Below are positions 50,201-62,401 of a stretch of DNA of 64,000 nucleotides, one piece after another. Source of the DNA: a virus. Lineage: Duplodnaviria; Heunggongvirae; Uroviricota; Caudoviricetes. The notes beneath the pieces are model-generated. The model did no database searches and was not told where the DNA came from. It was given only the letters and a program-made list of their open reading frames with translations. Every line of letters begins with the position of its first letter. Position 1 is the first letter of the stretch. A program made the position numbers and the translations under genes. Location of the stretch: the IMG/VR virus record IMGVR_UViG_3300031992_000020. One strand, written 5' to 3'.

Positions 50201-53200
50201 ATTTTCTGGAAAAAATATCGCCATACTACAAATATTCAAACCGAAGATATTCAAACTATTAGATCTGACGTAGATATTAAAAGCAATGGTATTCGTCCTA
50301 TTGAAGAAGCGGCAGACAAAGATAGTGATTATGAATACATTGGTAGATATAACTTCGACTTAGACAAGTCAGAAGCAAAACTTTATGGTTTCTATACTGA
50401 TTATGACAATCATTATGGCGTGCGCTTAGACACTAACAATGTTTATGATGATATCGCTAATGCGTCTGATGTATTAACTGGATTACGTTCTATTCCTATT
50501 CAGCATGAAAGTTTTAGAGCTTTGATTGATGATGATGATGATTTAACTTATGATCCAGCCCAAGTATATTACATTAAACCATATAAGACAGCTGCAACTT
50601 GGACTCAACCAACTATTGATAATAACGGCGCTCAAATTGCTCAAAAGGCATTGAACACTGGACTTAAAGATAGATTAGCAATTGGTCCACTATACGTTTT
50701 AGAAGATGAAACAAAAGGCGCTAATAGTATTGAGTGCTGGGAGTTTTCAACTAATAACGTTAGTGAGCATCCATTACAGTTGCAATTCTTCCAAGACCCT
50801 TGGAGCGAAGAAGATGATCCAACTTATGGAAACTGGACTGAGGCATTTGAATCTCGTTATCCAGAATACGTAAGTCAAGAGTCAACTGATAAGCGTTCAT
50901 TTGCTCGTTTGATTAACTGGGTTGCCAGCACAAATGCAGTAAGAGTTGGGCATGAGCCAACTGCTGAACAGCTTACCGCATGGGCTGCTGATCCTTCTCT
51001 TGTTCCAGATAATTTAAAACCTTTAATTCCAGATCCAATGGAACGTAGATTGCCAAAGATCCAACTTGGCGAGTTCCAGGGTGTAACTGGTATATTATAT
51101 CAAGATACTCCTATTACGGATTCTTGGAATGATATTCCATACGCAGACGCAGCGCGCGGTGTTCGTAATACAGCTCAGTATACTTCTGAGACAACATTCT
51201 ATTATGACTCTTTTGAATATCGTTTACATAAATTCAAGAGCGAATTTGATCAATATTTAAATAGAGATTTTACTCTTATTTATTATATTATTACTGAGTT
51301 CTTGATCGGTAAAGATAGTCGTGCAAAGAATATGATGATGGCTTGCTTCGATGCAAACCCAGAAATGAATGTTGGACATTGGTTCCCAATTTTCTACGAT
51401 GTTGATACTATTCTTGGTCTTGATAACGTAGGTAAATTAAGATATCGTTATGACGAAGAAGATTATGACTATGGTATTTTCAATACCAATGCTGACTATT
51501 TTGACTCTGATGGTTAGACTATTGCAGCAAATTACAGCGTATTGTGGTCTAATGTTCGTCGCACAATGTATAATGAAATTAAGACTATGTATCGTGAGAT
51601 GCGTAGTGCAAGATTTAACTATCAAAATTTGATTGATATTTATAACACTCGTTTAGCCGATGCTTGGAATGCAACATTGATCAACCAAGATGTATGGTAT
51701 AAATTTGTTAGATTCTTAACTGGTTATATTCCAGACAAGGGATTTGATGATTATCCTATTTCTACTCCTAACCCTTCAATTATGTATGCGGCGACTGATG
51801 GAACAACCGCAAACGCTTGGTTGCCTGCGGTCCAAGGTACTCGTTCACTTCATCGTGAGCAAATTATTCGTCGTAGACTTGCATATTTGGATGGTAAATA
51901 TGGTTTCACTGATGGCGGTGTTACAATTGCTTTCCGCGCGCAGGCTGGTCAAGAAGGCGCTGATGAAGGTTATACTCCATTAGGTATTTGGGATTTGACA
52001 GTCCATGACTCTTGCTACTTATCAATTAATGCTTCTGCTGAAAGAACAGTTGGTCCATTCAGATTTACCGAAGGATCAAGAAAGATCATTAACAGTGGTA
52101 CATTCAGTGGTACAGAGCAGGAAATGAACTTCCACTTCTTTAACCAAGTATCTGATTCACATGACTTATCTGGTAAACGTATTGGTACATTGACATTCAA
52201 TGAAAAGCCAGGTTATCCACATAGATTAACCAATTTGGACTTAACACATAGTCGTGTTGGTTATGAACAAACATTCCGTGGACAAAATGTACAGCACTTG
52301 ACACAGTTAAACTTGTCAAGCTTACCTTACTTGCAGACACTTAATGTATCTTATTTATCAAGTTTGGTATCTGTGTCATTGGCTGATAATCCTTATATTA
52401 CTGAGGTTTATGCAAAAGGTATTGGTTCTTCTACTTCTGCAATTACTTTCCCTGATGGCGGTATCTTACGCAGGGTTGAATTACCAAAGAGTTTGACAAA
52501 ACTTGACTTGAAAGGCCATAATTTATTATCTACTCTTGTTGTAGAAGATAATGATTATAGCAAGATCAAAACACTTTATATAGAAGATTGTAAATTAATC
52601 AATACAAAGAACTTGTTTGATAATATTTCTCGCTATGGTAGTGTTGAATAGCTTGAAATCAAGTTGCCAGATATCAATTGGACTATTGATTATAGTGAAG
52701 TTATTCTTGATGGGGACAATATGGTATAGAGTATTCCAATCTTAGACAAGTTGATTTTGGCGAGCGGTCCATCTAGTTCTTCTAAGAATGAAGATAATGA
52801 ATTGATTGAAGGTCGTACTTACGTTGCTGGTACAATCACGATTTTGAATAATGAATCTGGACATGAATTCGGTCTTGATGAAAACGAAATCTATGAAAAG
52901 TATGGTAAGTATTACCCAGGTGTTAAAATTGTATTTACGCATAATAGTTTAAGCACTATCGCATATACATTCAATGCTTGGACTGCTTCTGGCGGTTTAA
53001 TCCAATAGAAGAAGTTAAAATCCAGTGTAGTTGAAAATATTACGTTTGAAGAATTGTTTAATGACACCTTGCCCGCACAGACGAGAGATTCTTCTCCGAA
53101 GTACGATTATACTTTCATTGGTTGGAATTTAACTGGTAACCTCTTGATTGAAGAAGATGACGATGATTATCATTATACATTAACTGATGCAAGAGACATT

Positions 53201-54982
53201 GCAGAAAGTAAAGTAGTTGCTCGTTACAATTATGATCAAAACGCTTATGTGCCTGGAACAGTTATTGAGTTTGGGTCTAACTTGTTTGATGAAACTACTC
53301 GTGAAATGAATATTTATCCTACCTTCTTGGGTACGGTTAGATCATTTGAAGTAACTTTCTACAATAGCGATGATATTGATACTGCTGAGGTATATGAAGT
53401 ATAGACAGTGCGGTATGGCGCTGCTGCAATCGCACCAGCAGTTGCCCCAGTTAAAGTTGTATTCAATGAGAATGATGTAAACGACACTCGTATTTACACT
53501 TTGGCTGGATACAGCAGATCTTTCGCAAATATCACAACTGACAATATTAAGATTTATCCAAGATTTAATACAACTTATACAGATGCAAAAACTTATATTG
53601 CTCCTCCGGAAGCATTTGAAATCTTAGATGCGAACTATTCCGAAGCAATTAATCCTTCTGCTGCACGTTTCAATACTGAGGGCAATATTAATGGTGTTGC
53701 GGTTAAAATTTCTTATGGCTATAACAATGAATTTATTACAATTCCAAAAGCTCTTATGGTTAATGGATATAATAGACCAATTGTTAGCTTGTAGAATGAA
53801 TCTACTAACTTACGCAGAGTATATTTCGAAGAAGGCAATAATATTCGTATTATTGAAAATGGGGCATTCTCTTATTCTGAGAAATTAGAATTTGTAGACC
53901 TTGCCGCATGTACAAATCTTTATAGAATAGGTTCTGCTGAAAATGCTACATGGATTACTGGTGGACCTTTTGCTAATTGCCCGAACTTGAAGGTAACTGC
54001 ATTGCCTGATAGTCTTGCAATTATTGGTCAGCATTGTTTCCGTAATACAGGCACTGGGTCAAAAATAATGATTAGTAAATTACCAGAACACTTACAATTA
54101 TTAGGCAGTTATGCATTTGCTGGATGTACTGAAATTGGTTTATTACAAATGTCCGATTTCTTGCATGATATTCCTGGATTCTGCTTTAATGGATGTTCTA
54201 ATTTGCAGTTACCAAATACTTATTATTTCCAAGGTGTTTACACTATTGGTACAAGAGCATTTGAGAATTGTTCAAGTTTAAATACATTCAATGCAAAACA
54301 GGAAGATGGAACTTACTTATTGTCTGGTACATTACAGAGTATTGGTACTTAGGCATTTAAGGGTTGTAGTAATCTTGGCCTTGAAGCATTACCAGTTTGG
54401 ACTTTGAAAGAGTTAGGAACTGAATGTTTCAGAGATTGCGGATATATCAAGTTAAGTACAGAAATGGCGCAGCCTAGCTTGGCCAATGTCGATACTGATA
54501 AGGTAAAGTGGGGCAAGAACGTATTTGCTGGATGTACCTTGTATAGACGTCTTATAGATCAGTCTGGTGCATATGTTGGCATTGAATCTTTGATGCCTCG
54601 TTTAGTATTGAGATATGGCTCTGGTAAATATGACATTGACCGCGAAGTATTCGGTGAAAACATTACTGATGGTTTACAATTCGCATACTACGATTTTGGT
54701 CAGCCAATAGATACTCATGATGGACAATATGTATACAACGAAAATGCACAAGCTGTCGAAGGTGGCTTGAACCTCTTCGTTGCTGCTTCAAACTGGGGCT
54801 CATTTGGTTCTCAGTTCACGCAGAATCGTAGAGATATCGCTTGGTTGAGCGATCCGAACAATCCTTGGTGCAATGTGCTTGATAAGTTGTTCGAGACTGG
54901 TCAGTTGAGAATTTGGTATACTAAGAATGGTAATGAATACATTTATCATTCTAACTTGAACATTTATATGACCAACAATTAA
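47282..54982 (+). CDS. Giant multidomain tail protein (~2,566 aa; code 15): Mtd_N-like, poly-Gly, Ig-like, LamG-like lectin, CotH-like kinase, LRR, InlB-B-like, BspA-type LRR
   Basis: RBS GGAGG. All same-frame ORF pieces from 47282 to 54404 are joined only by TAGs. Motifs include QGTSSLQYPVKN, YTLKADYMDSSSAHN, INGYPIVIF, YIGRYNFDLDK, DSRAKN, FYDVDTILGLDN, and repeated (I/L)GxxAFxxC. Ends in TAA. Confidence 0.8.
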
Positions 54983-54993
54983 GGAGGTAACAT

Positions 54994-55203
54994 ATGTTTA
55001 TTCGTAAAGAATATAGACACCCTGATGGCTATGTGATTTATACACCTCCTAAATTTGAAGCGGATGCGATGACCTACTTGTGGGTCTATCCGCATCCGGG
55101 TCATTATTTAAGAAATAAAAATACCGGTATGTGCGCGACTACGTTGCATATTAGGGTGTATGAATTGGAGCAATGGGAGGAAATACCGGACAATTCCCAT
55201 TAA
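54994..55203 (+). CDS. Small protein (69 aa), possible fibre-associated chaperone or cap
   Basis: RBS AGGAGG. Intact ORF ending in ...LEQWEEIPDNSH-TAA directly after the giant adhesin gene. Confidence 0.6.
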   Translation: MFIRKEYRHPDGYVIYTPPKFEADAMTYLWVYPHPGHYLRNKNTGMCATTLHIRVYELEQWEEIPDNSH

Positions 55204-55240
55204 CTCAAACAGTATAGATTTTATAAAAAAAGAGAGATAA

Positions 55241-55279
55241 GGATAGGGCTTCGCGCAAGCCCTATCCCTTCTAATTTTT
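55241..55279 (+). terminator. Hairpin, probable terminator
   Basis: ggatagggctt-cgcgc-aagccctatcc followed by cttctaattttt. Confidence 0.6.
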
Positions 55280-55302
55280 GAGGAAGGGAGAATAAATAAA
55301 GA

Positions 55303-57180
55303 ATGATTACGGCATTAGATAAGCTTCAAGAAAAATTCAAAGACACGGGCTTTAAAGCACAGTTTGAGCAAGATGCTGGTGTGACTCTCCCAGAAGATGT
55401 AACCAGCCTTGGTTCAAATCTTTTGTCTATTTATTATAGAGCCCTCCAAAAGTTCTTAAATGAAAACCATAGACGTTATCCAATGTATGTTCGTATCCCA
55501 TTCAGTGAAGATTCATTTGTAATCAATGCTGAATCAAGAGAGATCATTGTCCCTAAGCCTTTTGCACAAAATGGTGTTGGCGTTGTAGGTGATCATTTAG
55601 CAGAATTCTTGTGGTTTACGATTGATCGTTTTTATGATATGACAGATCTTATGACTTGCAATATTGATATTATTTGGCATAATACTGGTCTTGTAAGCAT
55701 GGATGATAATGTTTATACCACCACTCCTTATGCAAAATATTGCGATAATGAGAAGATTTACTTTGGTTGGTATATTAGTAAGAATGCATCACTCGCAGCA
55801 GGTAATATTGAATTTGCTATTCGTTTTTATAGTCAGCGTCAAGCTCTTGATGGAACTGTAAAGACTGAGTTTGAAATGAATACATTACCAGCGAAGATCG
55901 TGATTAAGAATGGTCTTGATTTAGATACTTCATTTGTAATCACTGATTACTTCGATGATATTATTAAGTCCAGAGCGATTTATAGTGAAATTATCAATTC
56001 TCTTACTGCGGCCGAGCCTGTTATTAATCCTAATTTGGTTGGCGGCACATATGATATTGATTCTAATACTAACAATATTGCTTTCACTGTTGGAGCAATG
56101 AGTCCTGATAACATTGTATTGACTGTTCCTGTATTGGATCAGTTGGGCAATCCTGTTATGGATGAAGAAACTGGTGATCCAAAGACCGTAAGACAAATGA
56201 CCGATCATGCTGCGGATATCGTTTACAGCTGGTATTGGAACAATAAGTTGATTGCGGCCGATGGCTCTAATATTGATTTCCCTGCTGATAAATTGTTAGT
56301 CCCACCAAGTGTACATATTTATACTACTCCTGTTATTACTGCGGCAACAGCCGAAGATGAGAAGGGAGAAAAAGTTGGACAGAGTGGTAGCACTCTTGTT
56401 ACAAATGTGCCTGGTAAATATAACGTTTATATCGGCAATAAAATTATCAAAGAAACCATTCTTGATGGTGACAATGAAGAAGTTGAAAATCCTAACTATG
56501 GCGCAATTCGTTATTTGGTAAGTAACACTGTAACGCTTGAAGAAGCTAAACAGATTGCTCTTGCATCTGATAATAATGCTCCATATGTTTATCTTGAAGA
56601 TCCAAGCCATAATTTACACTTGGATATTGATTGGGCAACTACAAATGGTACTGTTGATTATCAGTGGTTTAAGGATGGAGTACCAGTTACTGCTGAACCA
56701 GTAGTTTGCACTTCCAGTTCTAACCTTGATTTTACACCACCTGCCCGTGGTAACTTCTATTGTGTAGTTCGTAACGTAAAGAATTTAATGGTTACAGAAG
56801 CTCGCACGGCAGAAGTAACAGTTCTTCATGTGCCGCGCAAGGTTGCAAATGAAGATCTTACTCTTACTCAGGTTGGTACTAATGTTAACATTGATATTGC
56901 AAATGGTTATGACACTAGCGAATATCATTTCAGAGCAGAGATTTCCGCAATCACTGGTTCTACTAAAACCAAGCTTGACCTTGGTGATGTAGAATATCAT
57001 GTTGGACCTGCTAATACTATCAGCTTGGCTAATAGAGGTCTTGCACCAGGCCAGTATTTATTAACTATCTATGTTAATGAAATTACTTGCCGCGGTATTC
57101 CTGGTTATCAACGTCAGTATATGGAAAATAATAAAGTTGTCGAAGGTGTAAGAGCTCTTACAGTAATGATTAATGAATAA
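55303..57180 (+). CDS. BppU-like baseplate protein with Ig-like domains (625 aa)
   Basis: Intact ORF with no TAG. It contains VGVVGDHLAEFLWFTIDRFYDMTDL...YFGWYI...AGNIEFAIRFY and a downstream Ig-like YQWFKDG segment. Confidence 0.6.
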   Translation: MITALDKLQEKFKDTGFKAQFEQDAGVTLPEDVTSLGSNLLSIYYRALQKFLNENHRRYPMYVRIPFSEDSFVINAESREIIVPKPFAQNGVGVVGDHLAEFLWFTIDRFYDMTDLMTCNIDIIWHNTGLVSMDDNVYTTTPYAKYCDNEKIYFGWYISKNASLAAGNIEFAIRFYSQRQALDGTVKTEFEMNTLPAKIVIKNGLDLDTSFVITDYFDDIIKSRAIYSEIINSLTAAEPVINPNLVGGTYDIDSNTNNIAFTVGAMSPDNIVLTVPVLDQLGNPVMDEETGDPKTVRQMTDHAADIVYSWYWNNKLIAADGSNIDFPADKLLVPPSVHIYTTPVITAATAEDEKGEKVGQSGSTLVTNVPGKYNVYIGNKIIKETILDGDNEEVENPNYGAIRYLVSNTVTLEEAKQIALASDNNAPYVYLEDPSHNLHLDIDWATTNGTVDYQWFKDGVPVTAEPVVCTSSSNLDFTPPARGNFYCVVRNVKNLMVTEARTAEVTVLHVPRKVANEDLTLTQVGTNVNIDIANGYDTSEYHFRAEISAITGSTKTKLDLGDVEYHVGPANTISLANRGLAPGQYLLTIYVNEITCRGIPGYQRQYMENNKVVEGVRALTVMINE

Positions 57181-57200
57181 TCTTAAAGGAGGGCTTACCT

Positions 57201-57797
57201 ATGGCATATTTAAATGAAGAAGCCTTCTTTTAGCTATTATCATAGATACAAGAGCATAGCCGAACAATAGTTTATGCTGCGCCGGCTGATCCTAACAAGA
57301 TTATTAATGTTAATCTTGATACAAGAGATATTGAAATAAATAAGTCTGCATATAGCTCCTTTTTAAGTGTTAGAAAGGAGCATTATGCAGAGACAGTTTA
57401 TTTTAAAGTCCCTCGCTATTACGATGGGGTTGATCTAATGCAGATGGCTCTTGTAATAGAATATGTTAATGCTAAGGGAGAAAGTTATATTTCTCCTATC
57501 TTAACTCGTGATACTATAACTTTCCCGGGCTATATTTTATTCGGTTGGTGTTTGCATGGTAATGCAACAAGCATGGCCGGTAATTTACAATTCTCAATTA
57601 GATTTTTCCAAATGGATGTGCCGACCAGCACATTAGTATATAGTTTGCGCACAAAGGCCGCAACAGGAAAAATCTTATTTGGGGTATAGACATCAGACAC
57701 TCCTTCCTCAGAAGAGGGATTGTTAAATAACTATGCATTAGATGAGGTTATCTCTTCTATTGCTCAACATACCACATTGATGTGGACCAATTTATAA
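57201..57797 (+). CDS. Second BppU-like protein (~198 aa; code 15)
   Basis: RBS AGGAGG, ATG at 57201, TAGs at codons 11 and 15 and at 57687, TAA at 57795-57797. It is a paralog of the 55303 N-terminal domain. Confidence 0.6.
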
Positions 57798-57811
57798 GGA
57801 AGTGAATATAA

Positions 57812-59818
57812 ATGCCTGATACTACTTTACTCAAAATTTCATATGGTACCAAAGCAAAGTATGATGCCGTCGCTTCCAAAGTAAATGGTACATTATACGT
57901 TATCACAGATGAACACCGTTTGTTTGTCAAATTGCCAGAGCTTGATGCTTTTGAATTAAATTCTGCGCAAGCATCAGTAGCAAATTCTGTTGCATAGAAC
58001 TTAGTTTTTGTTAGCACAGTTAATGGCGGAGACGTTGCAGGTGCATATAATGGTAGCACTGGAAGTAGCGTAAAGACCGTTGGTTGCAAAACAATTGGGG
58101 CACTTCATAGCTCACAAGCAATTTCTAGCGTGGCGTTCGCCAATGAAAAGATTGTCATTTCTTTGGCAGATAATACAACCACTTTTGAAACAGGAATAAT
58201 TAAGCCTGCACAAGCAACTCATGCTGACACAGCTGGATCTGTTGGTGGTGTTTTAACTTTTGGTACTAAAACCTATAATGGTTCTCAGGGACAATCCCTT
58301 ACATTAGGAGACTTGCTTCCTAATGGTAAAATTGATATTAGCTATATACCTTCTACGGCGTTAGAACGTATTTATGTTATGGCGCAGAATGAGCTGCTTT
58401 ATGATTTAACTGATGAACAAGTGCAGCCTGGTGACTTGGTTAAGGATTCAGCTAATGGTCAAATGTATGCTTGTCGTCCTTACTATGAAGGCGCTGCAAA
58501 CATCAATAGAGCAAAGACATTGGCATTCGAACCATTTGTTGTAGGCACTGCTGCAAAGGCTGATGTTGCCGATGGATTAACAAATGGTTTACGTTTTAAT
58601 TTCTTAAACAATGTAACCATGACATACACTGGCGGTGCTACTAATAATCAAGTATATATTGGTAATCGCTTAACTGCTAGTTCTGCTAATGATACCACAC
58701 AGAATGGTACAGTTACCGGTGCCGGCGGCGTATTTTTGAATTTAAGTTCTCAGGCTGGTAATACTGATACTTGGGGCGTTAAATCAAGTATTAAATTAGT
58801 TGGTACTGCTCCTGTAAGTGTAACTTCTGATGCCGGTGTGATATCTATTGGTGTTGGTACAATGACTGGTGCAACAGCACAGGCCGCAGGCACTGCTGGT
58901 TTGGTTCCTGCTCCTGGCGCGACTGGCAATACTACTCCTTACTTAGATGCCTATGGTAACTGGACAGTTCCTGCTAATACTAACATTTACCATACAACTG
59001 GTACATGGAATACTGGCGGAGATTTATTAACATTTACCGCACAACCAAGAGGTAATACTGTTGATAGTGCATATAATTTCACATTTACTTTAAATAGAGC
59101 ATCTGAGGTAGATCCAACTTGGACAGACATTACTACTCGTTCTACGACCTATGGTGTTGTTAAAGGTGCTACTGACCGCAGTATTAAGATTAGTGATAGC
59201 GGTGTTATTTCAGTTCCTTGGATGCAAGGTGCAACTGATAGCTCTGCCGGACGCGGTGGTCTTGTTCCAGCGCCTGCCGCAGGACAGACTAATTATTTCC
59301 TAAGAGCGAATGGCACATGGGCTGTTCCTCCGAATGATGATACTCACTATACTGCTACTTTTGTTGTAACAGATGCTGCGACAGATAGCACAAATAAAGC
59401 TGGTTCTGTTGCTAATGGATCTGTCTTTATGAATTTGGTTGAAGCAACTCCGACCAATCAAAAGACAATTACTAGCACTCATAAGATTTATGGCAATCAG
59501 GGTATTTCTGTAACTGCTGCTGTTGATGGGACAAGAACTGATATTATTATTGGTCATACCAATACTAGTGTAACTGGTTCTGGCAGCACTTGGGGCACTT
59601 ATAGTGCTACTGCAATTACTCTTAATGCAGGAAGATCATTCTCTTTACCATCTTTCACATATGATTCTAATGGTCATATTACGGGTGCTTCTGCTACCAC
59701 ACTTCAGATCGGCTCTGTGACCGCTGTTGATGCATATGGCGCAGCTAATGGTGGACAAAAAATTGCTACTGTTCTTGGAACAGATATTTATACAGGAATC
59801 GCATGGGGCGAATTATAA
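57812..59818 (+). CDS. Tail fibre protein (~668 aa; code 15)
   Basis: ORFs 57812 and 58130 are joined by one TAG. It has an Mtd_N-like start, two GLVPAP modules and a YDSNGH motif. Ends in TAA. Confidence 0.7.
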
Positions 59819-59828
59819 TAGAATATCC

Positions 59829-59860
59829 AGGGCTAGGGCAAAACCTAGCCCTTATCTTTT
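59829..59860 (+). terminator. Hairpin, probable terminator
   Basis: agggctagg-gcaaaa-cctagccct followed by tatctttt. Confidence 0.55.
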
Positions 59861-59882
59861 GTAGAAATGAGGTGTGGATAGA

Positions 59883-62399
59883 TTGGCTACTCCATTATTA
59901 ACAATATATAAAGGCGATTCTTCATCGTTATCCGATAGTAGCGCTTCTACACTAACACATGATGGTAGATTATACCTTACAACAGATGATGGATATCTCT
60001 ATTATGATATTCCTCATCCTACAAGTAAAAAGTTTGGTGTAGCTGCAACAATCGGTACTAACCGTTTCGCAATTAATGCGAACATGGCAGCAATAGCCAA
60101 AAGACTCGAACATGGTATTGATTTCTGGGTTGAATCTGGACAAATTACTAATTCATTTAATGGTAGTGGTAATGGCAATACTACTGTTTATATAGGAACT
60201 ACATTAGTTGTTGGTGCTACTGCAAATGCAATAGCCAATGGCGCAAGTGCCGCAACCAGCAATGCAGTATATTTAAATCTTTTAACTCGTCAAGGCACTT
60301 CTGCTACTTATAGTAGAAAGAACGGACAAGTTGCTATTAAACTTGTTGGGTCTGGTGATGTTAAAGTTTCTTGTGACGCAGAGGGCAATATTACAATTGC
60401 TGATAAAACCTATACTGCAAGCGGCGGTTTGGAACTAAATGGTACTCAAATTCAACACACTAATTCTGCTATTACTGCGGGCACGATTTCCGAAGGTGGG
60501 TCTGCGCGCACATTAGCATATGGTGGTAAATTTAAAATTCCAAGCATTACTTATAATACTTATGGACATATTACAGCTGTAACGACTACGGAATTGACAT
60601 TGCCTGCTGCTGCTAGTGTATTCACAGCATCTAGTAGTACTGCCGCAGGTAAAAATGGTTTAGTTCCTGGACCTGGTGCAGGTGTTGGTGCAACTGCTTA
60701 TTTAAATGCAAGTGGCGCATGGACTGTGCCACCAAACACTCACTATACCACTCATTTGTTTGTAAATGGCGCGACTGCGGCAGCTACTCATATAACTTCT
60801 GCTGTTACTAATGGGAATGTTCATTTACGTTTATATGATAATATTGATACTACTAATACTGTTAGAGAAGCAATTAAATTGCAAGGCGCTGGCGCATTAA
60901 CAATTACAATTGCCGCAAATGACAATGCTTCTAATAGTACAACTGGTAAAATCACATTCACCGCGGTTAATAATACTTATGAAGCTGGTTCTGGTATTAA
61001 ATTAATTCCGAATGGTTAGAATAGCTATGCAAGTGATAAATACATTATCGCGCATGCAAATGTTTTTGATGCTACTGGCTCTGTTGCTGGCACAGCTGAT
61101 GGTACTACTTTAACAGTTGGTGGAACATTTAAAATTCCGAGATTCAATTATGATATTAATGGTCATTTAACTACAAGTGGACAGAATACTTTGACTTTGC
61201 CTGGCGTAATGAAGGCGGCTTCTGCAAGTGGTGCAGGCGCTGCGGGTTTTGTTCCTGCCCCAGGAAAAGGTAAGCATACTGCATTCCTTCGTGGCGATGG
61301 TACATGGGAAATTCCAACTGATACTAATACTCACTATACCACGAAGATGTTTATCAATAGTGACACAGCAACAAAGGATCATGCTTCTACTGTTGCTGAT
61401 GGGCATGTTTATCTTCGTTTATATGATGATGATGCTGTTGAAAGTACAATTCGTATTATTGGTAGCGATGCTACATCTGTTACTGTTGATACTGCTGGTA
61501 TTATTAAAATCAGTAGCCATAATACGACTTATAATGCAGAAAAAGGTATTAGTTTATCTAATGGTAAGTTCGGCCATACTAATGCGGCGATCACTCCTTC
61601 TTCTTTAAGCGCGAGTGTGACAAGTAACTTAAATGATAATGATTCTCTTTCTATTCCACTTTTGAAATATGATGGATATGGTCATATTATTGGTAACTAT
61701 ACTAACACATTGACTTTCTCTGCATTCCAAGGTGCTAGCTCTGGTGGTAATGGTAAAAAAGGTTTAGTGCCTGCTCCAACCCAGAATGCTTATAACAATG
61801 GTTATTTTTTAAGCGCTAGTGGTACTTGGGAAAAACCAGCTTATATTCCTGATACACATTATACTACAATGATGTATGTAAGTGATTTGAAAACTGCAAC
61901 GAGTGCAAACTCATTAGCCAATGATCATGTCTACATTACATTGTTTGATAATAGTACATACCGTACTCGTGTAAAATTGGTTGGTGCAACTGGCCAGATG
62001 GGTAATGGCGTAACAGTAACATCTGCTGAAAACGTTATTACCTTTACTGTTGGTTTATTCAAACCTGTTAATACCACAGCTGGTACTGCTAGTGTAGCTG
62101 GTTTAGTGCCTGCGGCAAGTGATAATAATAATAAAAAGTATTTGTGTACTACTGGTGAATGGACAGTTCCAGAAAACACTACATACACATTTACTGATAC
62201 TTATAATGCATCTACTAACCCTGCGGCTACTAAGACTTATGCTTAGAATCAAGCGCAAGCTAAATATAATGCAATAGAAGAAGAACTTAATAGAGAAGAT
62301 GCGATAACTAATGAAACCACTGGCGTTGTTACTCCACAAGTTGGTTATCAAATGTCTACGGCAGAAGTAGATGCAATCTTTGATGAAGTGTTCTTATAA
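59883..62399 (+). CDS. Tail fibre protein (~838 aa; code 15)
   Basis: TTG start 8 nt after GAGGTG. ORFs 59874 and 61191 plus the tail are joined by two TAGs. It has four G(L/F)VP(A/G)(P/A) modules and three YxxxGH motifs. TAA at 62397-62399. Confidence 0.7.
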
Positions 62400-62401
62400 T
62401 T

